A stretch of DNA of 64,000 nt from Candidatus Wildermuthbacteria bacterium (GTDB lineage: Bacteria; Patescibacteriota; Minisyncoccia; Minisyncoccales; UBA10102). Both the position numbers and the translations under genes were made by a program. The notes beneath the pieces are model-generated. The model did not search any database, had not been told where the DNA came from, and saw only the letters and a program-made list of their open reading frames with translations. The stretch is from contig JACQMR010000009.1 in assembly GCA_016203455.1 (NCBI GenBank), positions 6,524-70,523 of the forward strand, given 5' to 3'. The first letter of the stretch is position 1. Each line of letters opens with the position of its first letter. This document shows positions 8,948 to 17,820 of this stretch, one piece after another.

Positions 8948-9340
8948 ACTGAAAACAAAATCAGATCTTTTACAGACCTCAACGCGTGGAAAGAAGGGCA
9001 TAAGCTTGTACTGATGATTTACAGAACAACCGAACACTTCCCCGGCAGAGAAATGTTCGCCTTAATAAATCAGATGAGGCGATGTGTGATTTCCATAACC
9101 TCAAATATAGCCGAGGGATTCAGTAGGGGCACAAACAACGACAAGTGCCAATTCTACACAACAGCCCAGGGATCGTTGACAGAACTGCAAAATCAACTGT
9201 TAATTGCCCGCGATATCGGATACATCCGACAGGAAGAATTTCAAACGCTTGCCAACCAAACCATTACAACCAACAAACTCCTGAACGGCCTAAAAAGAAT
9301 ACGAAATACAAGCTACAAAATACAAGATACACAGCAATGA
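8945..9340 (+). CDS. Four-helix-bundle protein (23S rRNA IVP / TIGR02436-like, Avd-related fold)
   Basis: FTDLNAWKEG, FPGREMFALINQMRRCVISITSNIAEGFSR, GSLTELQNQLLIARDIGYI. Confidence 0.9.
   Translation: MTENKIRSFTDLNAWKEGHKLVLMIYRTTEHFPGREMFALINQMRRCVISITSNIAEGFSRGTNNDKCQFYTTAQGSLTELQNQLLIARDIGYIRQEEFQTLANQTITTNKLLNGLKRIRNTSYKIQDTQQ
9298..9332 (+). repeat. 7-nt tandem array, right (inverted) arm; encodes the protein C-terminus
   Basis: AATACGA AATACAA GCTACAA AATACAA GATACAC. Confidence 0.88.
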
Positions 9341-9747
9341 GATTCCAGGTTCCCCAATTTATTGAACACGAGGCAAAGGTCATAGGCCCTCTTACTTTCA
9401 AACAGTTCGTGTACCTGGGGGTTCCGGGGGCGATCGGATTCTTTTTATATTTCCTTACTCCTTTCCCCGTATTCATCTCAATCACCATACCTCTTGGCGC
9501 TTTCGGTTTTCTCCTTGGATTTATTAAAATGGGGGGCAGATCTCTCCCCGGACTCCTCTCCAGTTTTGTAAAATTCATCTTTGAGCCCAAAAGATACATC
9601 TGGAGAAAGGGGAAAGCTCCCGCGCAGACACCGCAAGCCAGGTATGTTTCCGCGGCGCCGGAAGAATCATACGGAAAAGCAAAAATACAGCTGGTGCAGA
9701 AAAGCAGGGTGCGAGATTTGGCGATACGGGTGGATACGGCCAAATAG
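9337..9747 (+). CDS. PrgI-family (VirB3-like) membrane protein
   Basis: MRFQVPQFIEHEAKVIGPLTFKQF, two TM helices, PKRYIW; ATGA overlap with the upstream stop. Confidence 0.85.
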   Translation: MRFQVPQFIEHEAKVIGPLTFKQFVYLGVPGAIGFFLYFLTPFPVFISITIPLGAFGFLLGFIKMGGRSLPGLLSSFVKFIFEPKRYIWRKGKAPAQTPQARYVSAAPEESYGKAKIQLVQKSRVRDLAIRVDTAK

Positions 9748-9825
9748 GGGAATAATTTTACGCAAGCCGCCAGTTGTTCGTGCTTTGGCATTTATTATCC
9801 GTTATATATTATATACATGTAACCC

Positions 9826-10470
9826 ATGCCCCAGGGATCCACGCAAAACTTTCTTGAAGTAGAGGAAATCAGAGAGGGCATACTGGTGCTTAAAACCCGG
9901 CAGGTGCGCGGGGTGCTTATGGTTTCTTCCCAAAACTTCGCCTTAAAATCCGCAGAGGAACAAGAGGCGATTATCTTTCAGTTTCAGAATTTTCTTAACT
10001 CCCTGGATTTCTCGCTCCAAATATCCATACAGTCAAGACGGCTCAATATCACGGGGTACATTGACTATTTAAAAAACCTTGAACAAGACCAGCCAAACGA
10101 ACTCTTGAAAAACCAGACGGCTGATTACCGGACATTCGTGGAACAGCTTATCTCGGGCGGATCCATTATGGCAAAAAACTTTTTTGTGGTGGTCCCGTTT
10201 TCCCCGCTGGAAGTGGTGGGCGGGTATCAAAAACAATCCCCCGCGGATCAGCAGGGCAAGGTGGGCAAACTTTCAGACGCCCAGTTCCAAAGAATGAAGA
10301 ACCAGCTGTGGCAAAGAATGGAGTATGTTGCCCTGGGCCTGCGCAGAGCCGGTCTCCAGGTTGCTCCCTTGAGCACGGAAGAACTCATTGAGCTTTTGTG
10401 GACCTGGCACCACCCCCAGGAAGCGGAGGTTGGATATTACCCTGAAATACCCCCGGAAATGGTACGATAA
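9826..10470 (+). CDS. TraC/VirB4 N-terminal-like T4SS protein
   Basis: NFALKSAEEQEAII...FLNSLDFSLQI; lies between PrgI and VirB4. Confidence 0.75.
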   Translation: MPQGSTQNFLEVEEIREGILVLKTRQVRGVLMVSSQNFALKSAEEQEAIIFQFQNFLNSLDFSLQISIQSRRLNITGYIDYLKNLEQDQPNELLKNQTADYRTFVEQLISGGSIMAKNFFVVVPFSPLEVVGGYQKQSPADQQGKVGKLSDAQFQRMKNQLWQRMEYVALGLRRAGLQVAPLSTEELIELLWTWHHPQEAEVGYYPEIPPEMVR

Positions 10471-10474
10471 AGAC

Positions 10475-12277
10475 ATGAAGATTCCCTTTATAAAAACAAG
10501 GCGAAAGGCCGTTCCCGGACGCGTCTTTGAAGCGGAGGTGACAACAGCCGCCGATATTATAGCGCCATCTTCCGTGCAGGTGAATTCGGAAAATCTGGAC
10601 ATGTCCGGACGCCTTGCCAAAACCTTTTTTGTTTTCTCATACCCCAGGTATCTCTCGGCCGCGTGGCTTTCCTCCACCATCAACCTGGATGTGCCAATGG
10701 ACATCTCATTATTCATACACCCCATAGACACCACTTTTATCTTAAAACAACTCCGCAGAAGGGTAACGGAAGTGCAATCGGAGATCATGGACAAAGAAGA
10801 CCGGGGACTGGTGAGAGACCCGGAACTGGAAACCGCATTCCAGGATTTGGAAGATCTGCGGGACCGTCTGCAAACCGCCCAAGAAAAAATGTTCCGCCTG
10901 GGGGTGTACATCACCGTATATGGAGAAACAACCGAAGAACTGCGCCAGATTGAAACCACCCTCCGTTCTATTTTTGAATCGCGGCTTTTATACATAAAAC
11001 CCGCTCTGTACCAGCAAAAAGAGGGATTTAACTCCTGCCTCCCGTACGGCAGAGACCTGCTGGGGGTTCACACATCGCTAAATACGGACCCTTTGTCTTC
11101 CACCTTTCCTTTTGTGTCGTTTGACCTGTCTTCCAACGCAGGCATTTTATACGGCATAAACCGGCATAATAATTCCCTTATTCTTTTTGACAGGTTCTCT
11201 TTGGAAAACGCCAACGAGGTCATCTTCGCGAAAAGCGGCTCCGGAAAGTCCTACGCGGTAAAACTGGAGGTATTAAGGTCGCTTATGACCGGCGTAGATG
11301 TTGTGATTCTAGATCCGGAAAACGAATACCGCGCGCTCGCGCAAGCCATTGGCGGCAGTTTTTACGACATCTCTTTGGGATCTGAAAACCATGTAAACCC
11401 TTTTGACCTTCCGGCCCCCAGAGAAGACGAAAAAGCGGAGGATGTATTAAGATCCAACATTATCAATCTTGTGGGCCTCATGCGCATCATGCTGGGAGGC
11501 CTCACCCCGGAAGAAGACGCGATTATGGACAGAGCGATTACTGAAACCTATGCCGCCAAAGACATAACCATAGAGTCAGACCCGGCGGCATGGAAAACAA
11601 ACATCCCGCTTATGGAGGATCTGGAGCAAGTTCTGGAAGGCATGGAAGGGGCCGAGTCCCTGGTGCGCCGCCTCCATAAATTCACCAAGGGAACATATGA
11701 AAATTTCTTTAACCGCCCAACCAACATTGAGCTGGGCGCGAGTCTTATTTCATTTGGCATCCGCGACATGGAAGAAGGCCTGCGGCCCATGGCTATGTAC
11801 ATCATCATGCGGTATATATGGAATATCGTAAGATCTGAATTGAAGCGCAGAATACTGGTGCTGGACGAAGCATGGTGGATCATGCAGTCAGAAGAAGGAG
11901 CGTCTTTTTTATACGGCATTGCCAAGCGCGCGAGAAAATACTATCTGGGGGTTACCACTATTACCCAGGATGTGGGGGACTTTATGAAGTCCTCGTACGG
12001 GAGGCCCATCATCACAAACTCTTCCATACAAATTTTAATGAAACAAAGTCCGGCAACCATAGATCTTCTGCAAAAAGCGTTTAATCTCACAAGCGAAGAA
12101 AAAAATTTACTGCTGGAAACCGATGTGGGTGAGGGAATATTTTTCGCGGGACAAAAACATGTGGCGATTAAAATCGTGGCCTCTCCGGCGGAACACCAAA
12201 TCATCACCACGGCCCCCGAAGAACTCTTAAGAAGACGAGAACAAAAAGACAATCTAACAAACGCGGCGAATCCTTAA
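10475..12277 (+). CDS. VirB4/TraC-like ATPase
   Basis: Walker A AKSGSGKS, LDPENEY, Walker B LVLDEAW, KRARKY, ITQ. Confidence 0.9.
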   Translation: MKIPFIKTRRKAVPGRVFEAEVTTAADIIAPSSVQVNSENLDMSGRLAKTFFVFSYPRYLSAAWLSSTINLDVPMDISLFIHPIDTTFILKQLRRRVTEVQSEIMDKEDRGLVRDPELETAFQDLEDLRDRLQTAQEKMFRLGVYITVYGETTEELRQIETTLRSIFESRLLYIKPALYQQKEGFNSCLPYGRDLLGVHTSLNTDPLSSTFPFVSFDLSSNAGILYGINRHNNSLILFDRFSLENANEVIFAKSGSGKSYAVKLEVLRSLMTGVDVVILDPENEYRALAQAIGGSFYDISLGSENHVNPFDLPAPREDEKAEDVLRSNIINLVGLMRIMLGGLTPEEDAIMDRAITETYAAKDITIESDPAAWKTNIPLMEDLEQVLEGMEGAESLVRRLHKFTKGTYENFFNRPTNIELGASLISFGIRDMEEGLRPMAMYIIMRYIWNIVRSELKRRILVLDEAWWIMQSEEGASFLYGIAKRARKYYLGVTTITQDVGDFMKSSYGRPIITNSSIQILMKQSPATIDLLQKAFNLTSEEKNLLLETDVGEGIFFAGQKHVAIKIVASPAEHQIITTAPEELLRRREQKDNLTNAANP

Positions 12278-12292
12278 TCATTCCTCTTTTCT

Positions 12293-12790
12293 ATGCCACT
12301 GCCCGCCATTGCCGCGGCCGCCGGGAAAGCGGCCCAAGGCGCGAAAAAACTCATACCGCGAAAGAAACCCGGGGTGTTCAGCCCGCCCGGCATTATCATG
12401 CTCTTTCTCGCTGTGATCATAGAGGTGGTAAATATGATATTAACTTTTCTGGATCTCGCGCTTGGCATAGGCACGGTTGTCGCCGTGCCCGTAAACGCGG
12501 CCGCCATGCTTATTATAGGCGGATGGATTTGGTTCACCTCGGGCCAGCTCCCGCTAAAAAAAGCGCTCCTCCCGTTTGGCCTCAATGCCCTCCCCGTCGC
12601 AAGATTTTTCCCGTTCTGGCTGTGGTCTGTATGGTCTAATTTAGACAAGGGTTCCCCCGCGCAGGGAGAGGAAAACCCGGAGCCGAAAGAATCCGGCGAA
12701 GAAACCGCGGAACAGCCCGCGGAGCCAGCCCAAACCAGCAATACTCCCAATTCGCAAAGCAAAACACAAACAACAAAAGCCGGCGCATAA
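12293..12790 (+). CDS. Hypothetical membrane protein
   Basis: Several hydrophobic helices and a low-complexity tail; in the operon after VirB4. Confidence 0.7.
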   Translation: MPLPAIAAAAGKAAQGAKKLIPRKKPGVFSPPGIIMLFLAVIIEVVNMILTFLDLALGIGTVVAVPVNAAAMLIIGGWIWFTSGQLPLKKALLPFGLNALPVARFFPFWLWSVWSNLDKGSPAQGEENPEPKESGEETAEQPAEPAQTSNTPNSQSKTQTTKAGA

Positions 12791-12829
12791 ATACAGCGCG
12801 CGCGTCGCTGTGCCTCGCGTTTTCTCCTG

Positions 12830-12881
12830 TTGGTCATTGGAAATTGATTAGAAATTAGGCATTAAAAATTAGGAATTAGTT
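12830..12881 (+). repeat. 7-nt periodic ATTAGnn array
   Basis: TTGGTCA TTGGAAA TTG ATTAGAA ATTAGGC ATTAAAA ATTAGGA ATTAGTT. Confidence 0.8.
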
Positions 12882-12931
12882 CTGTGAGCGTTCTCCTATC
12901 CAAACAACGCGCCATGCGATATAATAATACT

Positions 12932-13306
12932 ATGAAAACATGGGTGTCCGTCTTATTGCTTGTTTTTGTACTTTTACCAATAACGGCAAGCGCGCTTGAA
13001 CTTGAACTTAATCTTGATTACCCTAAATTTGGCGGGGTGGATATTAGTCAAGAATCCAGCCAAAACCTCCCGGGTTTGGTGTCTTGGGTTTATGTCACCA
13101 TTGTAGGCATATCGGGACTTGCCGCGTTTGCCATGATCATTTGGGGCGGGGTTCAATGGATGACATCCGCGGGAAACCCATCAAAAACAGGGGACGCGAA
13201 AGATAAAATACAAAAAGCCCTGCTCGGGCTTCTCATTGTTCTTTCCTCTTATGTCGTGCTTTCTTTTATTAACCCGGATCTTACGACTCTGCGGGATATC
13301 TTTTAA
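12932..13306 (+). CDS. VirB2/TrbC-like pilin
   Basis: Signal peptide; IIWGGVQWMTSAGNPSKTGDAKDKIQKALLGLLIVLSSYVVLSFINP. Confidence 0.85.
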   Translation: MKTWVSVLLLVFVLLPITASALELELNLDYPKFGGVDISQESSQNLPGLVSWVYVTIVGISGLAAFAMIIWGGVQWMTSAGNPSKTGDAKDKIQKALLGLLIVLSSYVVLSFINPDLTTLRDIF

Positions 13307-13745
13307 GACGCACAACCACCCTGCGCTCCGGCCCCTCGCCAATGCTTTCTGTTTCAACATCGGTCCTGGACGCAAGTTCCATGTGGACCACTCTGCGATC
13401 GCCTGAATTCATAGGGGAAAGCTCTTTTGGGGCGCGGAACAGCGCCACCTCGTCTGCCGCGGATCTCGCAATTTCGCGGACCCGATCTTCCCTGTCTTTT
13501 TTGTACCCGTTCACATCCACGCTCACAAGCGCCAGTCCGATCAGATGCTTTCGCGCGAGAGCGCGAATAATATGCTGAATGTCGTCTAGCGACCGCCCTT
13601 GTTCACCAATGTAAAGATGGGGATCTAAAGAGGACGCATGTACCCAAAAAACGCGGCCGTCTTCACTAAACGAACACACCGGCGCCTGAACGCCAAGTAA
13701 AAAAAATATCCGCTGGATGATGGATTCCAATAGAGAGGTGTCCAT
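13281..13745 (-). CDS. jag: Jag/KhpB RNA-binding protein (KH + R3H)
   Basis: YIGEQGRSL, DVNGYK, PMNSGDRRVVH, SIGEGPERRVV; follows yidC. Confidence 0.88.
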   Translation of the reverse strand: MDTSLLESIIQRIFFLLGVQAPVCSFSEDGRVFWVHASSLDPHLYIGEQGRSLDDIQHIIRALARKHLIGLALVSVDVNGYKKDREDRVREIARSAADEVALFRAPKELSPMNSGDRRVVHMELASRTDVETESIGEGPERRVVVRLKRYPAES

Positions 13746-13748
13746 AGG

Positions 13749-14444
13749 TTACGGAGTTTGGCGTTTTCTTGTTACCATCCATTGCTGGCCTATGGAAAAC
13801 AGGGTTGTAGTCACCCAATACAGCCCAATGGCGGACGGAAGCTGGGAAACAAACATGAGAGTAATCGCGGGAAACAAATACAACATATATTTTTGCGCAG
13901 TGGGCGCGGGCCCTGTTTCTTTTTTTGCCCCCGCCATTTGTTTGCCTTGGAAGAACTGGAAAACGGCGGCGGCAAGCGCGAGCGCGAAAGACCGCCCGCC
14001 CAAATCCAAAAACCCCAAAAACACGGGGTCAATATGCGCCGGGTTCTGCACGAAACCATACAGACGGGACAACTGCTCGGCATCCAAACCGTTCCAAAAC
14101 ACCTGGTACAGCGTTATTAAAAAAGGAAGCTGAATCAACAAAGGCAGAATACCGGCAAACGGATTCACTTTTTCTTGCGCATACAGCGCCAAAAGTTCCC
14201 GGGCCTGCCTGTCTTTATCGCCCTTAAACCGCTCCTGAATTTCTTTTGCTTTTGGCTGGATGTCCGCGATTTTGCGCTGGGCCACAATCGCTTTCGCGCT
14301 TAGGGGGTATAAGGCAAATCTAAACAAAAGAGTGAGAAGAATAATGGCAAGCCCAAAATCCTTCCCGGGGATAAGGTTGTACAATATGACGAGAATATTA
14401 AAAAAGGGGTCAAAAAGAAATGTGTGATAAAGCGATGAAAACAT
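13749..14444 (-). CDS. yidC: YidC/Oxa1 membrane insertase
   Basis: FGLAIILLTLLFR, VNPFAGILPLLIQLP, GLYW; synteny. Confidence 0.93.
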   Translation of the reverse strand: MFSSLYHTFLFDPFFNILVILYNLIPGKDFGLAIILLTLLFRFALYPLSAKAIVAQRKIADIQPKAKEIQERFKGDKDRQARELLALYAQEKVNPFAGILPLLIQLPFLITLYQVFWNGLDAEQLSRLYGFVQNPAHIDPVFLGFLDLGGRSFALALAAAVFQFFQGKQMAGAKKETGPAPTAQKYMLYLFPAITLMFVSQLPSAIGLYWVTTTLFSIGQQWMVTRKRQTP

Positions 14445-14459
14445 GTGAATATGTCCTCT

Positions 14460-14792
14460 TTAATGAATCTTGAAAAAAAGCCGCCGCACAATCTCTTGGG
14501 CATCCGCCGCGCCCTTGAGGGAAATACCGCGCAAGACAATTATCACGACATCCCGCGCGCCGATATGCTGAATGTTAGCCCGCAGGCCTTCTTGCAAAAG
14601 ACGGCGGATCCTGTTTCTCTGAACCGCGCTTTTATGAACCGCCTTTGACACAACCACGGCAAACCTCGGCTCTTTTCCTTTGGACATTGCCGCTTTCATT
14701 ACCACCCTTCCTTCTTTTATGCTTACGGGACCGGAAAAAACTCCGCGAATATCCGAAGACCGAACAAGCCGATGCGCCCGGGGTAACGCCAT
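14460..14792 (-). CDS. rnpA: RNase P protein component
   Basis: VSKAVHKSAVQRNRIRR motif; synteny. Confidence 0.92.
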   Translation of the reverse strand: MALPRAHRLVRSSDIRGVFSGPVSIKEGRVVMKAAMSKGKEPRFAVVVSKAVHKSAVQRNRIRRLLQEGLRANIQHIGARDVVIIVLRGISLKGAADAQEIVRRLFFKIH

Positions 14793-14795
14793 ATT

Positions 14796-14930
14796 TTAGA
14801 GCGCGATCCGCGCTCTCCCTTTTCTGCGCCGCCTGGCAATGGTTCTTCTCCCCCCAACGGTTTTCATCCGGCCCAAAAATCCGTGGGCGCGGGCGCGTTT
14901 TTTCTTTTTTGGTTTATATGTAACGCTCAT
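14796..14930 (-). CDS. rpmH: 50S ribosomal protein L34 (below the ORF-track cutoff)
   Basis: Translated by hand: [44 protein letters not shown]. Confidence 0.95.
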   Translation of the reverse strand: MSVTYKPKKKKRARAHGFLGRMKTVGGRRTIARRRRKGRARIAL

Positions 14931-15042
14931 GAGAAAAGTATAAACGAAAACCGCCAAAATGTCCACAAAGGCAACAGTACTTTAAAAAACTAAAAACCGC
15001 GCGCTAAAAACCTGTTTCTGCCCAGAAGCGGATCTCCCCTGT

Positions 15043-15062
15043 TTATCCACAGGTTATCCACA
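15043..15062 (+). promoter_or_regulatory. Two perfect tandem DnaA boxes
   Basis: TTATCCACA at 15043-15051 and 15054-15062. Confidence 0.9.
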
Positions 15063-15120
15063 CATTCCAACCGCAATGATATGTTTTGCTACCCTTGCTT
15101 GCCTGGGATATACTATTTCT

Positions 15121-16479
15121 ATGAACAAAGAAGAACTCTGGCAGGCAACCCTTGCCCAACTGCAATTCAAAACCTCTCCGGCAAATTTTGCCACATGGCT
15201 GAAAAACACTTATATCTTAGACAACAAAGACGGCTTGCTCACGGTCTCCGTGCCGAATAACTTCTCAAAGGAATGGCTGGAAAATAAATACAACAAAACA
15301 ATCTTTCATATTATTAAAGAACTCAACGACGAAGTAAAAGAAATCAAATACATGGTGGAAAAAACCGCTGGCAAGGCAAAAGAGGCGGCGCCACGGCACG
15401 CGCAACCCTCGCCGCCCGAACGCCAGCTGGGATTCCCCGAATTAGACGCGGACCAAACAACCAACCTAAACCAAAAATACACATTTGAGAATTTTATCGT
15501 TGGCCCGTTTAACGAACTGGCGCATGCCGCGGCCCTGGCAACCGTAAAAAATCCTGGCGGTCCGGGAAATCCGCTGTTTGTGTATGGAGGCGTAGGTCTT
15601 GGGAAAACCCACCTTCTTCAGGCAACGGGAAACCAGATCATACAAAACACTCCGGGAAAAAAGGTGAAGTACATAACTTCCGAATATTTTACATCTTCGG
15701 TGGTTTCCGCGATACGCAACAGAACCGTGGAAACGCTCCGGGAAAAATTCAGGGAACTTGACGCGCTTATTATTGACGACATACAATTTCTCGCGGGTAA
15801 AGAAAAAACCCAAGAAGAGCTGTTCCACACCTTCAATACCCTTTACCAAGCCGGAAAGCAGGTTATCTTTTCTTCTGACCGCCACCCAAAAGCAATCCCC
15901 GCGCTGGAGGAACGGTTGAGATCTCGGTTTGAGGGAGGCATGGTCGCCGATGTTTCCATGCCCGACTATGAAACCCGCCTGGCTATTCTGCGAACAAAAC
16001 TCCAAGAAAAAGGTGTGTTTATGGAAAACGATGTGCTGGATTATATTGCATCTCACATACAAAGAAACATTAGGGAATTGGAAGGAGCCCTAAACAGATT
16101 GATCACATCGTCTCAAGTTGTGGGAAAAATGCCCGCATTGCAGGAAGCTAAAACCCTCTTGCGAAGTATTATTTCCAACCCGAATAAGGCGGCAAACCCA
16201 AGAAAAATCATACAAGTTGTGGCTGAATTTTATGATTTGAAAGAAAAAGAAATTATTGCCGACTCGCGCAAAAAAGAGGTGGTAAGGCCCCGGCAGATCG
16301 CCATGTATCTTTTGCGGGAAGAACTAAAAGGATCATATCCTTTTATTGGCAAAAAATTCGGGGGGAAAGACCACACAACGGCAATATACGCATGTGAAAA
16401 AATCCACAAAGAACTCCAGGAATCAGAGATGCTGGTTGATGAAATATCGTTGATAAAACAGAGAATCTACAGCGGATAA
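15121..16479 (+). CDS. dnaA: Chromosomal replication initiator DnaA
   Basis: YTFENF, YGGVGLGKTHL, IDDIQF, RLRSRF, RQIAMYL, DHTT. Confidence 0.98.
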   Translation: MNKEELWQATLAQLQFKTSPANFATWLKNTYILDNKDGLLTVSVPNNFSKEWLENKYNKTIFHIIKELNDEVKEIKYMVEKTAGKAKEAAPRHAQPSPPERQLGFPELDADQTTNLNQKYTFENFIVGPFNELAHAAALATVKNPGGPGNPLFVYGGVGLGKTHLLQATGNQIIQNTPGKKVKYITSEYFTSSVVSAIRNRTVETLREKFRELDALIIDDIQFLAGKEKTQEELFHTFNTLYQAGKQVIFSSDRHPKAIPALEERLRSRFEGGMVADVSMPDYETRLAILRTKLQEKGVFMENDVLDYIASHIQRNIRELEGALNRLITSSQVVGKMPALQEAKTLLRSIISNPNKAANPRKIIQVVAEFYDLKEKEIIADSRKKEVVRPRQIAMYLLREELKGSYPFIGKKFGGKDHTTAIYACEKIHKELQESEMLVDEISLIKQRIYSG

Positions 16480-16643
16480 CCTGGGGAAAACTCGCCGCTA
16501 AACTCCCCCCATATTTTTTCCCCGCGCATCCCCAAGAGATTTCCCCCGCGCTCTCCCCGCACACATAGACGGCCGATCCGCGTTTTGCACACCCGTAAGT
16601 ATAATAAATAATAGATTCTATATAAAAACATTAGAATATTATT
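16472..16643. other. Probable oriC unwinding region
   Basis: Degenerate DnaA-box-like 9-mers, then a ~48-nt AT-rich tract (16596-16643) between dnaA and dnaN; strand composition shifts from C/A-rich to G/T-rich near here by eye. Confidence 0.75.
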
Positions 16644-17774
16644 ATGGAGATCACCGTATTACGAGACGCATTAAAATCCGGACTGTCTTTTACCGAGCGG
16701 GCGTGCTCTAAATCAACCACGCTCCCCATACTCCAGTGTGTTTCTTTGGTTGCTGAAAAAAACAAAGCAACTCTTTCCGCGACCGACCTTGAGATGGGAA
16801 TACGCTATGTCATATTGTCTAAAACCGAAAGCGAGGGGGGAGTTGCGGTGCCATCCCGGTTTTTTTCCCAGCTAGCGGGGTTTTTGCAAGAATCTCAAAT
16901 TTCCCTTTCATCTTCAAGCGCCGGCGTTCGCATAGCTTCAAAAACGCACGATACGCTTTTAAAGACCATGCCGCTTGAGGATTTCCCCATTATTCCTTCT
17001 TTACAGGGGGATGAACGCGCCCTGGAGATTGACGCGAGGGCTTTGTGCGCGGGGCTTGCCCAGATTGTGTCTTTAACAGGGCAGACGCAAGGGAGACCGG
17101 AGATATCAGGCGTATTTTTTGCCTTTCAGGGGGACGCGCTGCGTCTCGCGGCAACAGACAGTTTTCGTCTTGGGGAAAAAACAATCCCGCTCCCAAAGAA
17201 CCAGGAAGCCGGAGTTTCTTTTATTCTTCCGCAAAAAACAGCGCGCGAACTTTGCGCGATTCTCCAAGATCAAACCGGCAGGATTAAAATATATGCCGCG
17301 TCTTCGCAAGTATTGTTTGATTACGCGTTTTCAGATCCCGCGAAAGGAGTTTCCGCGCAGGTTGTTTCCCGCCTCGTAGAGGGGGAATACCCCAAGTATC
17401 AAGATGTCATCCCCGGGAATTTTAAAACAAAGATTGTTCTGGAGAGAAACGCCCTTATTTCTCATTTGAGAACAGCTTCCGTATTTTCCGGGAAACTAAA
17501 CGATGTCCTTGTGTCCATAGACCCGAAAGAACAGGGGGTGAAGATTGTAACCAAAAATTCCGAAGCGGGGGAGCACAGTTCGTTTATTTCGGGAGATGTG
17601 ACCGGGGAACCCCTGGACATTTCTTTTAATTGGAAGTTTTTTCTGGACGGGGCGTCGCAGTTTAAAGCGAAAGACATTGAAATAGGGTTCGCGGGAGAAG
17701 AAGCGCCCGCTTTGTTAAAATCCGCGGGAACTCCGGAGGCGTATCTTTATGTGATGATGCCTCTGCGCTCGTAA
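16644..17774 (+). CDS. dnaN: DNA polymerase III beta clamp
   Basis: LPILQC, ATDLE, AATDSFRL, EGEYP, YVMMPLR. Confidence 0.97.
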   Translation: MEITVLRDALKSGLSFTERACSKSTTLPILQCVSLVAEKNKATLSATDLEMGIRYVILSKTESEGGVAVPSRFFSQLAGFLQESQISLSSSSAGVRIASKTHDTLLKTMPLEDFPIIPSLQGDERALEIDARALCAGLAQIVSLTGQTQGRPEISGVFFAFQGDALRLAATDSFRLGEKTIPLPKNQEAGVSFILPQKTARELCAILQDQTGRIKIYAASSQVLFDYAFSDPAKGVSAQVVSRLVEGEYPKYQDVIPGNFKTKIVLERNALISHLRTASVFSGKLNDVLVSIDPKEQGVKIVTKNSEAGEHSSFISGDVTGEPLDISFNWKFFLDGASQFKAKDIEIGFAGEEAPALLKSAGTPEAYLYVMMPLRS

Positions 17775-17820
17775 ACAAAAAAGCACGCGCTTGAGCCAGA
17801 GAAAGTCGGGTGGCGCGCGG

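Noticed and set aside
9145..9336. N-terminal extension of PrgI, or a frameshift fusion with the four-helix-bundle gene
   Set aside because: The family-typical start MRFQVP at 9337 has an ATGA overlap; the upstream open frame is incidental.
8945..9340. Diversity-generating retroelement (Avd-like gene)
   Set aside because: No reverse transcriptase, and I saw no TR/VR pair with adenine-specific mismatches in the window.
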